A stretch of DNA of 64,000 nt from assembly GCA_037447605.1 (NCBI GenBank), contig CM074820.1, forward strand, positions 1,736,001 to 1,800,000. Reading direction: 5' to 3'. The stretch is from Zygnema circumcarinatum SAG 698-1b. Lineage: Eukaryota > Plantae > Zygnematophyceae. Numbering within the stretch: the first letter of the stretch is position 1; each line of letters begins with the position of its first letter. The position numbers were made by a program, and so were the translations under genes. The notes beneath the pieces were generated by a model, which was not told the origin of the DNA, made no database searches, and was given only the letters and a program-made list of their open reading frames with translations. Positions 62,841 through 64,000 of this stretch are shown here, piece after piece.

Positions 62841-63549
62841 TACAGTACTGTACCGTATGAAATTGTACGGACGGAATGCTCCAAAGTTCGTCTGGTTTTT
62901 CTGAAAGTCTTGGAGCCAGCGGAAAGACGGCGAAATTGCACGTGTGACAGATGGTCGTGATTGGTCGGTTTTTCGTACGAATCACTTGCGTTGCTTAGTA
63001 CTGATTGGTCGGTCTCTCGCGTGTTAACTAATTTATTAGGGTTCGATGCCTCTCGTCAGCACGCTGAACTGTTCAACTGCGAGGTTCCATAAAACGTCCG
63101 TAAAACGCGCCACGTCGGATATTGCGTTTAACGAAAACGTTGGGGGTCCTTGAAATCAGGCCAACCAGAGCTCGCCACGTGGAAGCTTCGAGAGTCCGAA
63201 GTGGTCAACAGCGGGTAACCGTTCTCGACCGCCGCCAATTTCCTGCGAACGGCGACCTCAACCGGCGGTCACCGCGGTCGACGCCTTCACGCCAGCGTGG
63301 CACCAGCAATGCGCCTTGAGTACTACGTGGCGACGCAGGATTGGTTGAGAAGATCGTTCTATGAAATGCTCCTTTCCGATTGGCGTGTTTCCAAAAAAAG
63401 CCATCTTGACTACCACGTCAGTGCCAAGTTGGCGCCACGTCATTAAAAACTGGACCTCTTCATGGAAGCCGTAAACCCGTCGCAGACGACGCCAAACGGT
63501 TCATGGAACCCCGCTCCAAATATCTCCGCGGGGGGCGGGAATCGTCTCT

Positions 63550-63935
63550 AGAGTAGGGATGGCCCGCGTTATAAATTCCGAATAAATTATATATTTTACA
63601 ACGGGTTTAAAAGTAGTAATATATTACAAAGTACAACACTTTATTACATATATTATACCCACTCGTTTTGAACAATTAACGACCGTACGGTCGTACGGTC
63701 GTAGCATAGGCGTTGGCGTTGCGAAATGCGTCCGTCTGGTTCACTCTGTCTGCTCGTGCATCCGTACCGCATAATACCGTACAGTGATTCGACCGTACGA
63801 CCGTCCAACCGTACATGTTGTAAAGGCGTTGTAAATTAATATATATCAGCCGTTATCTAGTCGTCACAGTTGTATAATATAATATATAATATATAGTCGT
63901 AACTAATCCGCCTCTAGAGTCTAGAGGCGGATTTT
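63550..63935. mobile_element. AT-rich nested inverted-repeat (foldback MITE-like) segment
   Basis: ATATATTTTACAACG versus CGTTGTAAATTAATATAT, ACGGTCGTACGGTCG versus CGACCGTACGACCGT, and a terminal perfect palindrome AATCCGCCTCTAGA-G-TCTAGAGGCGGATT. The left edge TAGGGATGG resembles hAT ends. Confidence 0.5.
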
Positions 63936-64000
63936 GGACCGTTCGCCGCGAACACTTCCCTTCATGCATGCGAACACGCGATTGTTCGACTTCGTACTGC

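Noticed and set aside
63030-63060. tRNA B-box-like GGTTCGA (also near 9812)
   Set aside because: No A box at the right spacing and no cloverleaf.

Overview
Gene-dense eukaryotic nuclear DNA. Inferred source is a streptophyte green alga or early-diverging plant, based on plant-type orthologues, spliceosomal introns full of (CT)n/(CCCTCT)n tracts, TTAGGG/TTTAGGG-like repeats and a bryophyte-like 5S sequence. Many 10-N assembly gaps fall in low-complexity tracts. Genes were rebuilt by hand from splice sites and from protein families recognised from memory (no database search was run). In order: bacterial/fungal-type MBL-fold hydrolase (+), ProT-like amino acid permease (-), NHL-repeat protein (-), plastid rhomboid RBL10 (+), NSUN3/4-like RNA m5C methyltransferase (-, with an in-frame TGA), plastid-type phosphatidate cytidylyltransferase (+, cut by a gap), a second NOL1/NOP2/Sun methyltransferase (-), PSRP3 (-), PPR-SMR protein with a GUN1-like C-terminus (+), intronless Mx-like dynamin DRP4 (-), G-patch/C2H2 protein (+), and two identical copies of a secreted AGP-like gene (-). 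Non-coding content: a solitary diverged 5S rRNA gene, several minisatellites, intronic telomere-like arrays, a hAT-like MITE, TA-flanked Tc1/mariner-type elements, and a ~770 bp inverted repeat built from UBP12/13 gene fragments. The most interesting signals are that gene-derived foldback (a candidate hairpin/proto-MIRNA), the heavily iterated palindrome GCCACGTGGC (often inside exons), a MITE that supplies the permease stop codon, and the TGA at a conserved Trp position. No CRISPR array or tRNA gene is supported.
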